From Chlorokybus atmophyticus (taxonomy: Eukaryota > Plantae > Mesostigma and Chlorokybus algae), in assembly GCA_009103225.1 (NCBI GenBank), contig RHPI01003369.1, positions 1 to 64,000 of the forward strand: DNA of 64,000 nt, written 5' to 3'. Made by a program: the position numbers and the translations under genes. Shown piece by piece: positions 9,460 through 21,420 of the stretch; position 1 is the stretch's first letter, and the number at the start of each line of letters is the position of its first letter. Below the pieces are notes generated by a model. That model did not search any database, was not told the DNA's origin, and worked only from the letters and a program-made list of their open reading frames with translations.

Positions 9460-12400
9460 GGAGGAGTTCTGAGGCAGGCACCACGGGTTGACAAGCTGCG
9501 CATGAGTCCGACAGCTAGACTCAATGTTATAGGATAGTTTCATGTGCAAGTCGGCTGCTCAGTTGTAAGTGGACATACTCTCACCACTGCCCGTACATTG
9601 TATATATTGTGGGCTTTTAGGTGCAAGACCAAACAATCAGTCCAAGGTTTGTACAAGCTACATGGCATGTTAGTGTTGGCTTACGGCAAGAACTGCCAAC
9701 TTTTGTCAAATAGCAAGGGTCACATATTAACAGCAGTGTAACGGCAAAGAAATTGCCGGCTATTGCTGTCAGCTGTCCGTAACTACCGGTCAACGGCCGT
9801 CTGTGCACATCGACCAAAGGGTAACTGGTTGACAACTCTCGGCCGGTTAGGGCCACTAACAACCACTTTCGGCCCGCGGCCGTCTGCGTCAGTCCACTTA
9901 AGCCAACGGCAAACCCAACAGTCCAAAAGTAATATTTCAGGCAGCAACAGGCAGGCTCAGGCACCTGTCAGTCCCTCAGTCCTTAGTCAGTCACCGTGTA
10001 ACATTTGTGACGATATGCGTGTGAACTATTTACCAATATTAGCTAAACAACAGGGTGGGCGTGGCTTTCAGTGGTTTGCAAGTAGTCCTTTACTTGGTTT
10101 GGATTGGATGCACATCGTGCAATGCAATGCGCGGTTACAGCAGGCTTCTGTGCTGCGATGTGCGCATTGCTTTAAGGTGGCGTACGATCGCGTGTAGATA
10201 GGAAATGAGCTGCATTCAACCTTTTGAGTGTGTGCTGACAGCAACACTTCACGTGTAACTTGTGGCGATCTGCTTGCTGCCGCTGCCGTACGGCCATGGC
10301 CATGGGCATTTCGTGCCCACCAATTGCATGCACATGGTATCAAGCCAGTACTATATCACTAGCTAGTAATGATGTGGTGACATGCTTTACAATGCAAATG
10401 TTGTGTGTTGAGCAGGTCCATGAATACAACTCGGTGCAACGTTTTCCTGCAGCCGCTACTTGAGGATGCAGTGGCTGCTTCATGCTTCGTGCCAACTTCT
10501 ACAACTACTACAACCCGGTATTTGATAATGTGGCCGTACGCGCAGTTAATGCCAGCACCGGGGCAGAGGTGCAATAATACCGTCAAGTGTTTAATAACTA
10601 GGATGGCAAACACACAGCGCGAGTGGCACATTTGTGCATGTGTGCGCTAATATGTGGAGTTCAGTAGGGTTCACCCTGAGGTGATGCACAACGCTCCGCA
10701 GCACCTTAATTACAAACCCACAAGATGGGGTAAAGGCATGGAGCTGATTGGTACAACGATGTAGTTTTAAATGCATAGAGAACAACGTGCACATCATCCT
10801 CGATTTTACATAAAGAGGGACTTTCGCATGTCTTTCTTAATTATCCACATTAACGTTAGCGCACAATATACATCGTCTTTCGTAATGATTGCATGGATGT
10901 AATGAATTAATATTATTAATATTATTCTTATTATTATTACCAATAGTACATTGCATGCAGTATTGAATACAGCATGAATAATGAACAACTCCAAGTTGTT
11001 GATGAGTCATGTACGGGGCTATGCAGATGCTATCCCAATGTGATAGCAACTTGGTAGCAATACAGTCAAGTGAAAACCATACTGATTGCAGATTGTATTG
11101 GTGTTGCAAGATATGACAATGGCATTGATTGAGTGGTGCTTTTTTCGTGCTGGTGCAATACCGTAATAGCAACACTTGGCAGCACATAACATGTAAGCGT
11201 GAACATCAACAATCTCACATCGTATGCATGTCAGCTTTCAGTGAAACGTGTGGTTTTCGCACGTTTTCAACGTGGTGTTTGCATACATAGTTTTGATGCA
11301 TTAACACCATGCAAATAAATTGTGATCAACATGTCATGCATGCTGATGGCACCTTAAAGGCATAAGAGAAGGAACACATGTTAACTGCACATATAGCTAT
11401 GTAATACTTGTTAAGACAATAGCCATTGGCTTTGCACCTTGATGACATTGCTAGCGTTGCAGTAATGGTGTGCTGTTGCCGATTGCACATGCATTGAACA
11501 ACTCTCACATTGCTGCATGTATAACATCGAGGTGTGAAGCTGCCATGACTGCTGCATTTCTTTGTGTTGGTGCAATGCCATCCATGCAACGACCATGGCA
11601 TTGCTGGTCCACACTGACATTAACACAACTGCGCTGCACTTTGAGGACGCCGGCCCCTCTACCACCATCCCCACGTCCTCCCCCTCATTTTCCCGCTCCT
11701 CCACCACCTTCCCCGGCTGCACCTCCTCCCCATCCTTCTCCTCCGCCCTCGGCGTGTAGCGGCCAGTCCGAATGAGAGCGTTGAAAATGTGCGAGCAGCA
11801 GCCAGCCCTTGGAGAGCCCCTTCATCATCCTTCCACGCTGTATTATCCTGGTTCCTAGTGCCCGTGGTGGGCTGCTCCAAGCGCCAGCGTTCAGTCCTGT
11901 GCTTGTTTGGTGTTTTCAACAATTGTATGCATGCATGCGAGCTCAATGGCTCAGCCAGAGCTTAGCCAGAGCGCGGAGCATTGCTCCCATGGGTGGCAAG
12001 TTATGCAACTGAGAATTGAAATAGCTGCTCAATCATCTCGTGTGACACGATAGACCTTGGTGACTCGACCCACGCATTGCACCATACTCTGTATCTGGCA
12101 AGCTGAGCAATCGAGGACTTGTACCAAGTAGATGGTCAACCTTGTGTGACGTAGAACTTGTAGCCGACTTGACCCATGCATTGCACCCAGCCCCGACATG
12201 TCACTGCGTCCCCTGCGATTGTATTCGCCATGACGTGCAATGCTGCTAGCATATCAGAATCTGCATTCATACCTGCCTTGCATATTCAGCCCAAATAGCG
12301 CTCTCTCTCTCTCTCTCTCTCTCTCTCGTGCTTTCGTGTACCCACTCAGCCCTTGTCGATTCCATGGACAAACACCTCAGGGAGCAACAGAAGCAAATCA

Positions 12401-15400
12401 GTGCACGCTTAATATGCCATGGGACTAGAAGCCGACATATTACTACTATTATTATTAATCTTTATATTTTTACTATTGTTACTATTGATATTATTGTTAG
12501 TTTTAGTGTTTAACTATTGCACATCCTAGCATAGAGCTAGATCTGTCCAACATTGCAAGGAGGATGATGCGTGTCACAATGGTTGCGGCACCTGCAAAGA
12601 CTTTGTTAATAAAGGTTCCTGCTTTCACATGCAAGCTAGACACCTATCGTCTATTGTGCATAGCTTAGCTACCAATGGTACGTTAGGCCCCACGAGCAGT
12701 CTGCAATGCATTCATGCATGATAGATTACGGAGCCTGAATAAAAGCTGCTGATGGTGACGGCGACAACAACACATGTCCCTGCTCTTAAACATGAAGTCC
12801 CAAGCCACAACATGGCAACCTGCCCGTGAGCGAGTACAGCTACGTGCGTGCGTGCATTTGCCGACACAACATGCTGTCGTCTTCAACAACAACCTGCAAG
12901 CGCGTGCCAATGACATGTGTCGCTACCAGACGATAAGGCCAAGGGCTGTGTTTGTCTTTTGCCGGTGCGCAAGGACCTCCATTCCCCGCTATCTCTAATG
13001 TGTTTCTCATTGCGGTTGAGGTACATGTTGGCACCGACAATTGCGTGTGCCGTTAGTATATATCAGCCAAGACAAACAAGCAGGTGGACATTCTGCTGCT
13101 CATCCATGTGCGTTTATGCATGCATGCATGCATCACATTATACGGGAAACTGTTGGAGATCATGATTGACCGACTATCTGCTGAGCCTGTGTGCATTGGT
13201 GGGAAGCCGTCCCCTGAAAGGCGCACACACCACGCAGCCGTCCGACATGCTCGTGACCTTGACGTCTGCGCATCCCGGACCCTGCTGCAGCTTTCAGCAA
13301 TGCCTGTAATGGTGATGGTGGCAGTGTCGGTGCCTTCAAGTGTTGCGCATGCCATGTGTGCATGCATGCACGCATGTTGATGCGCACATGTGTGTGCATG
13401 CGGCTCAGCCTGTGCTCAGGCTGTCGGGCATGTCGCACACACACGGACATGCATGAATGTACGCACACTGGCGAGGGCTTGCGGTTCCGCACGCGGCTGC
13501 ATGACAAACAATGCGCGGTTACTTGGTTGGAGGCTGTATGTGAACCGTCCCAGTGAGGAGCCAAGCATTGCAACGACGCCCAACTGGCAGATGCGCTGTG
13601 GACACACAGCGTGCATGGGACGAGCAGTGCAGGTAGCCACGCACACATGTACATGCAGATGGACGACGGACTCGACAAGCGCTGCTATGGTGGGGACGGG
13701 TCGTAAAGTTGAAATCACTCTCATGTCAAGAGATCTCCATGCAGAGCGGGCGTTGCTTTTGGTTGTCATCAGTACATTGGATGTTACACATAGCACTTCT
13801 TATGCGTAAGTGTCAATGCGTGTGAATCTGTGAGTGAGTGAGTGTCATGGGCTTGCAAACAAGACTAGACCTGTTCCACATCTGTGACACTCACACGTTT
13901 AAGACATTGAGTTCGATGCTGCCATGCACCGAGCCGGTTGTGACGCGAGCGTGCACACTAACACCAATGCATGCACCTGTGCACGATATGCGCGTCGCAT
14001 GCACAAAACACGCGCATGTATGCACAGGCACGTGTCCAGTCGAACTCCGCTGCCATTTACTTACAGCACTCATGTCGACACCTCGCGCACATACAACACC
14101 AGCTGAGGGCGCGGGGAGCTCAGCACAGCACAGCACTTGCGTGCCTTCCCTGCGCTGAGTCTCACACGCGCCCTCCTGCTGGTGGTTTGCTTGCCCTGCT
14201 CTGCTCTGCTCTGCTCTACACCGACACTGCACGCGCGCACAAACAGCTAGGTAGACCTAGCATAGAAGCTATATACCCCCTGCTAAATCTATGAGTTTGG
14301 GTTGGCAGTGCATGCATGTGTCCAGCTGTAGACAGTGTGCTTCCAGACGGCATGCGGTTGCATCTGGTACTGTGTTGCCCATAGCGTGGCAGAAGTCCAG
14401 TCCGATTGAAAGGCGCATACGGGCAACGAACGATAGAACGAACACAACTGAACACATGCAAGCTAGTGCAACACAAGTGTGCAGAGCAAGGAGAATGCAT
14501 GCATACAAACATGGCCATCTGTTGGCTAGTACAAGCATGGATCACTTTGTACAACGTGGGACACTTTTGTGCCATAACTTTCAATTAATGACAACAACTC
14601 AGTAGAATGAAAGATTGGAAACGTTGCGTAACAGCTTGGGTGTTGTACACACGCGTGTGCGCACACAGGCAGACATGCATGCATGCATGCATATGCGTGC
14701 GCAAGCAATCACACACATGCGGAGATGTATGTGTTTGCATCATTGCGTCTGTGAACGCAACTGCTAGTACTGCTTCCGTTTGAGAGTAGGACAGATACCC
14801 ACCCATGTTTGCACTAATTACTAACTGCCTGACTGTTCAGCTATGCACACACACACACGTTGCTGTCCACTGAGACAACGACAACAAGGGTATGACAAAT
14901 ATGGAATCAATCAAGCTAGTGTAGGCTTCTGCAAGCACAATTGCAGCTGAGCATGCTAACAAAGCATGCCACTGACACACCGCTTACCTGTCTGAGCATG
15001 CAGGTGGTGATGAAGCACTCAACACAAAGCTCTTCCCCTTGTCGTTCTCCACCTCCACCACCGTCTCAACCAGGCGCTTTGCCGCCCCCCAAACCACCTC
15101 CAACGCCACCGGCGCCGCCTCAGGCTGAAGCAGCAGCAGTGGCTGCGCACAGCGTGCATGTCGCTGGCGTCGTCGGCGTCGTCGTGGGCGACGGTGCTCG
15201 TTAGGCGCCGGCCACCGAGCAGCCGGAGTATAACGAGCAGGAGGGCGATTTGCCAACGAGGCCGGTGACGGCGACCACGGCTACGACGGGGAGGACGTGC
15301 AGGAGCATGCCGCAGGAGATGGTCTACGGGACGGCTCGGAGGGAGGAACTAATTGGAGGAGCTGGTCGGGGCAGCGGTCGCCAGCCTGTGTGGGGTCCAC

Positions 15401-15571
15401 CCGGTCCGCCACGCATGCAGACCACATGTATAGGACTACCTTGCCTATGCGCATCCTTATGTTCATATGCAAATTTGTTTGCTTATAAATATTGTGGTCT
15501 AATTGGTAATAGCCTCTTGGATGCCATACGCGCTTATAAGCTTCCGGCATTTGTACAGTTCATTTGCACAG

Positions 15572-16530
15572 TGCTAAGCCAGATGTGATGAAGCGATTCC
15601 TGAAAGCAACCGCCGAAGGCTTGCAGTTCGCTGCATCAAAGCCCTTGGAAGCTGCTAGCATCCTGGTGTTGATTGTCTTGAAAACAAAGTTTGCAAGCAT
15701 GTTTGCCTTGTAAACATGTACACCGACATACACGCATAGACGCGCAATCTGCGCAATCCAGTATCCAATATATGGAAGCATTTGTGATGTGCGTGTGTAC
15801 GTGTGCAGGTGTACATACTGTGCATGAATACTGCATGCGAATGCATCCTCATGTTCCATGCATACATGGAACATGGACATGCTGCATTGATGGGCTGCTT
15901 ATGCGGTTCATACATGCAGAGTGGCGCAGCGGAGCAATGCGAGTCTTCAACGGCGCCGCTCGCTCCGTTGGACATGTAAGAGAATGGCCATGTAAGGATA
16001 TCGCAGGCGTTTTTGACAAAGCACTTACTGCATGATCAGGGCGAATGGAGCCTCCATGAATAAAGACAGGTAAGAGAGAGTTGTTACCTTAAGTATGATC
16101 TACTTTGGTGTTGTGCAAGTTTGCAAAAAGACGCTCTGTTGACGGCAGATGGGATACATACCTGGACTGGCTGTCCAACAACAAGCTGCTAACGACTAGT
16201 GTTCAGGTAACGTCATGATGCACACATGCGCACGGGTGGGCCTGCGCACACAGCTACACAAAAACACAGCTTAGATGACAGGCATGCGATTTGCACAAGT
16301 GCACGCTGTCATCGCCAATTGCTTTCTGTCTGTAAATGGTGATGTGGATGCAGTTGTTCATTGCTGTGGATAGTCCAGATGCTGATGTTTGTCATGCGCG
16401 GTGTCGTCTCATAATCCTGTCAGCGGAGTCAGCGTTCCAATTGACGACTTGCGCCGACGCCTCTCGGTGATGATATCATTACGAGGAGTGACATGGACTC
16501 CACCAACTTGTTTACAAGCGACATTTCTGC
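15572..16530 (+). pseudogene. NMT1/THI5-like (thiamine/HMP-binding family) gene relic, C-terminal half only
   Basis: Exon-like pieces AKPDVMKRFLKATAEGLQFAASKPLEAASIL, APLAPLD, SQAFLTKHLLHDQGEWSL, RWDTYLDWLSNNKLLTTSVQ, HNPVSGVSVPIDDLR, DDIITRSDMDSTNLFTSD; contains an in-frame stop and frameshifts (extra C near 16054). Confidence 0.55.
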
Positions 16531-16675
16531 CATACTAACCAGTGAAGGCTTCATTGATTGTAACAACAACAGTTGTGAATGTGGAGCAGGAGCACCTTCC
16601 CCTTAAGAGTGTATAATGATAGCCTTCAACTTTCATGTTGTGGCCTGTCAAGAAAATTAAAGTAGATGTCTGTTG

Positions 16676-16752
16676 CTTTCATGTTGCGTAGTGTACACGA
16701 GCCCAAAGGACAGACTGTCCTTTGGGCTCGTGTACACTACGCAACATGAAAG
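16676..16752. repeat. Perfect inverted repeat, 38-bp arms, 1-nt loop
   Basis: CTTTCATGTTGCGTAGTGTACACGAGCCCAAAGGACAG-A-CTGTCCTTTGGGCTCGTGTACACTACGCAACATGAAAG. Confidence 0.95.
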
Positions 16753-18168
16753 TAGTGAGAGAGTGACTGGTTTAAAGGACTTGTATACGCTGTTTCTTCT
16801 GCAAGCATGCCCTGCCTGTTTGTTTACATGGGCTCGCACCCCCACCCAATCATGTAGTAAGGTGCTTCTACTTTTGAGTATGGCCTTACGGGTTTGTTGC
16901 TGTGTGTGACTATTCTTCATGAGGGCACACTTGTCATATGAGATGAGCTGCTCAATGCTAAACATGACTTTCTTGACACGACTGAGCACGTGAAACGAGT
17001 GCGCAGTAACCATGCATGCTACTATTGTCCTTTGGACTTCTATACACGCACACACACACAGCTATGTACACATCTATGAGGCTGACAACCGACTGACTGA
17101 TAGAGTGCACAATGACAGCAAGGGTATTGTGACTCTGCCTGGTGCTAAGGGGCTGTGCATGTTGGGGAATACATAAGGTAGCTGAAGCACATAGCCTGGC
17201 GGTGCTAGATACGTTGTTGTGGTGAGTGCGTGTTACAACTGCAATTTGAATGTGCATGGATGCATGTGACGTTACAGCATGAGTAAAGAATGCATGCCTA
17301 GCCAAGCACCTAGTGTACAGGTTAACTCACGACCACCGAGCTACACACTCAGCCCTTCAAGGCGTGCTAGAACAGCACACTAGCATTGCCATCTTCAACA
17401 CATGTGTACATACAAGCTCATGCTTGCCAGAACAGTACACCCTTGCTGCACTGCGCCACTACTGTAATCAAAATGTGCGGGCTCATGAAGTGCATGAAGA
17501 GCAGTTCTGATGGCACTTGCTGTAGCACTGCTGCGAGCTACATTGGCAACAATATTCATCAAATACAACAGTACTATGCCACAGGACTGCAACTTGCGCT
17601 TGATCACTATGACAGCCATATGCTTGCGAGAAGTTGCATGCATTTAGTGCTATAGTGAAGCAAGCATTCAAGTTTTGGCCTTTGATGCTGGTGATTGCCA
17701 TCCACTTATGATTGCATGCTTGCAACGGTCATGAAGGTTACAGGAATCAGAGCACCTGGAGGACCACTTAGTTGCTATGCAATGCAGCTGTGTTCTACTG
17801 CTGCAAATAGGATAAGCAAGAGCCACACCACTGTATCTTTGCGATTGACGTAGTCGTCGATAGAGACACACCACGACACCTCGCACTGGCCCTCATCAAG
17901 GTGCTTTGTGCCTGGAAGGTCACACTAGCAGACACTTGGAGAATCGAGGTGTAGCACCGTCATTGCCAGTGCTGTTTTTGCGTAATGGTGGTCTTGAACG
18001 CTGCAGGCACACTGCCTTCAAGTTGGGAGCTTGCGGCGACGAAGCTCAGTCCACGGCAGCGCCGCTGGCGAGCTTGCACCAGCGATGTTGGAACTGTGAG
18101 ACTTTCGCTGCAGCCGGTCGGTGCGGTGTCTGCAGGCCCTCTAACTTGCCAAATCACCATCCGGCAGC

Positions 18169-21100
18169 TCAAGACTCCAAGAGGTCCAGAGTACCCAGAG
18201 CGGCTAGCTCCCTGAAAATGTTTGGCAGCGCCTCTACTGGCAAGCTGCTGCAGGTTTGCAAGTGGAGCGTCTGCAGAGCCGTGAGCTTGTCGAAGGACTG
18301 CGGCAGCGAAGCCAAGCTCTTGCACCACGACATGTAAAGCATACGCAGAGCTTCTAGTTTGCCAAAGGACTCTGGCAGGGCAGCCAATTCTCTGCAACCT
18401 GACATGTTCAACGTCTGCAAAGCGGAAAGTTCGCCAAAAGGCTCCGGCAGGAAGGCCGCATTGCAAGTGCTCATGTCCAGCCTCTGCAAAGCCTTAAGTT
18501 TGCCAAAGGACTCCGGCAGGAAGGCCAATTCACTGCAACCTGACATGTTCAACGTTTGCAAAGCTTCAAGTTTGCCAAAGGATTCTGGCAGGGTAGCCAA
18601 TGCACTGCAATGTGACATGATCAGCGTCTGCAAAGCTGCTAGTTGGCCAAACAACTTCGGCAGGGCAGCCAATCTGCTACAAGCTGACATGTGCAGCATC
18701 TGCAAAGCCACAAGTTCGACAAAGGAGTCCGGCAAAGCAGCCAATCTCATGCAAAAAGACATTTGTAATGTCTGCAAACTCGCAAGTTCGCCAAAGAACT
18801 CCGGCAGGCTAGCCAAGTTGTAGCAAGACGACATGTTTAACGTCTGCAGCAGTTTAAGCTTGCCAAAGGACTCCGGTAGGGCAGCCAATTCGTCGCAACC
18901 CCACAGGTCCAGCGTCTGCAAAGCCGCAAGTTTGCCAAAGGACTCCGGCAGGGCAGCCAAATGTCTGCAACGTGACAGGTTCAACGTCTGCAGCAGTTTA
19001 AGCTCGCCTATAGATTGAGGCAGCTTCTGTATATCCTCACAAGCCAATATCAACGTTTGCAACACTTGGAGTCTCTCAATAGACTCTGGCAGCTGGACTT
19101 CGCGATGATCTGGTAACTCATTGCTGCTCAGAGCGCTAGCGATGTGAAGTACGGCAAGGTGTGTGCAGGTGACAAAGACAGTACTCAAAACACTGCTGAG
19201 CACTCTCCGCGGATAATGCCACTCCAGAAAGACAAGCTCATCAGCGTTTAAGTTGCCTTCGAGACCGCAAAATGTGCCATCCCAATCAGCACTGCCAAGG
19301 TCTAGCATGCGAAGCTGAGGCATGAAGGGTAAGCCAGAGATCTTCTGCCCTTTGTTGACGGCAGCTAAGGACACAGACTCAACAGTTCCCTGAAGTTTAA
19401 AAACCTGCAAACAGCAGCGGCAGGTCAATCATAAGCAACGTGGGCAATGGCCGGCGCCAAATATTTGCACTTACATTATGCAAGTTGACCATGCAAGCAA
19501 GCTTGCAAGGCAACAACGAAGTTGCAGCTAAGCTAGTTTGAAACATGTACATTGCCATCGCACCTTCTGCATTGCGTCCAATGCCCCAGGCATCCAAATG
19601 CGCTTGGGAGGTTTACATAAACCGGCAATGCTTCGTCCCATGTCGCGAAGTTGGTCATGTATTGTGAGCTTGGGTTCACAATCAACAAGGCTCAAGATAT
19701 CAAACAAGTGCAAGTAATTTGGCTCAAATCCCACTGCTGAAGGCTGTCGCCATGCTTGAAGTTGGTCATTTACTTTAAGCGGGGGTTGCCAACAAACGAG
19801 GGACAAATTTACCAGGTGTTCGATTGTGATTGCCGCAAACTGTCCCCATACTGGCAGCACACTGCAAGCATCCTTCCCCAACGCAAAGCAGCAGATGTCG
19901 AGAAACATGTCCTTCTCTACCTCCCCAAGCTTGTCATAGCTGAGCCGAAGCGTGCTCCACAACTTGTCGTCTTTGGTTCCATATAGTGCCTCTGCCTTTT
20001 TCAAACGATCTAAGATATACTTCAAGTTAAGAGCTGAGGCCCCAGTAGTTCGAAGATAAGAGCCCACGACTTCGAGCGTGAGCGGCAAGCCCTGGCATGC
20101 CTGAATAATGCTGTTGATATCTGTTTCCAAGGCCGTTGGCACCAGCTGCGAAGCAAAGACCAAATTGCGAAAAAGTTTTGTAGCCGCCTCTGCATTGAGC
20201 GGGCCCACTTCCTCCTCCACCACCACCATATGCTTGTCACACCCCCGTATGTTTAGTAAACGGCGGTTGCGCGATGTTACCAGCACATAACTGCCGCTGT
20301 CAAGCACAGAGCTGCTTGCTTCCTCCAACCTGACGAGAGGCCCAAGCAGGGCATCGGTTTGGGTATCACTCCAAACGTCATCGACAAGAAGCAGCACTTT
20401 CCGCCCTTGCAAATACTTCTCATACAAGGCGCTTCCTTCAGCAATGGAGTTGGATGCGATGCAGATATCCTGACCTGTTATTTTCTTCAACACCTGCTGT
20501 TGCAGCTGCACCACCCTCGCTTCACCTTGATGGTCTCCAACCGTCATAAAGCAGCTGCTGCCAGCAAACTTGCCGTGCAACTTGTTGTAGATTGCTTTTG
20601 CAAGTGTCGTCTTTCCGATGCCGCCCATACCCCAAAGACCCAGCATAACGGCCTTGCCTGGCGCATCAGCCCTCTTCATCTCCAGCTTAACCATGATGTC
20701 CTCGACACGCCGTTCGATGTCCACTGGAAAACTGGCAACGGGCAAGGCGCGGGGGCGGACAATTCCCACCACAGCTCTCACCACAATCTTTGCAAGCTCA
20801 GCTGTGTCACTAACAACAAAAGTGCCAAAATGAGACCAGCAACAAAGACATAATAATTGAGGTACATACCCGCTAGCTTGGTCAAGCCTCCAGCCCGTTA
20901 TGCTGAAGACTTTATCCAGAGCATTGTAATACTCAGCTTCATGATTGACATAATACGTCCCACCACGTCGACAAGCACTGCAGACAGCAAACACGTTGGC
21001 CACGCTAGTGGAGAAGAGAAGTTTGGTTGGCTGTTGAACTGTGTCTCATTATAATGTTCATTACCTGCTGACTTTCTTCTGTAATGCGCCTTTCAATGTC

Positions 21101-21420
21101 TCAAACTCGCCGCAGAAGATAGGCATGATCTTGCCTGGATCCGCCATCATGATGCGCAGCTCCTCAAGGCAGTAGCAGGAGTCCCCGTAGCCTTGAGATA
21201 GAACAGGCATCTTGATGCGAGCGGTTCTTACGTTGTCCAGAATAACGCCCCAAGCATCCGTCTCCCCGGGTTTCAGGCTAAACTCGTCCACAAATGCGGT
21301 AACATTTAACTCTCTCAGATCGCTGTACAGAAAGCTGACGAAGTTTTTCTTGACTTCCGGCCCCCGATGGCTCAGGAAAACATCACAACCAGGGCGAGGT
21401 ATGGATTTTGGGGGTCCCAT
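18169..21420 (-). CDS. TIR-NB-ARC-LRR (TNL) immune receptor-like protein
   Basis: TIR: DVFLSHRG...CLEEL...ITGW. NB-ARC: GMGGIGKTT, LLVDDVW, VLVTSRN, CQGLPL, IHDQL. About 13 LRRs of ~24 aa (LPESFGKLxALQTLNMS). Introns at 21064-20978 and 19563-19405, plus a probable in-frame one near 20870-20810. Confidence 0.92.

Noticed and set aside
10700-10900. Possible non-LTR retrotransposon C-terminal zinc knuckle (ERRCILC; KIEDDVHVVL) on the minus strand
   Set aside because: Two short motifs in different frames with no RT or endonuclease nearby; too weak to call.
12700-15450. Scattered exon-like pieces and many short Cys/His/Met-rich ORFs
   Set aside because: No consistent spliced frame or family motif; the ORFs follow from TGCA/CACA-rich low-complexity DNA.
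18359-19018. Repetitive plus-strand ORFs (SLPKDSGRAAN...)
   Set aside because: Antisense shadow of the LRR codon repeats.
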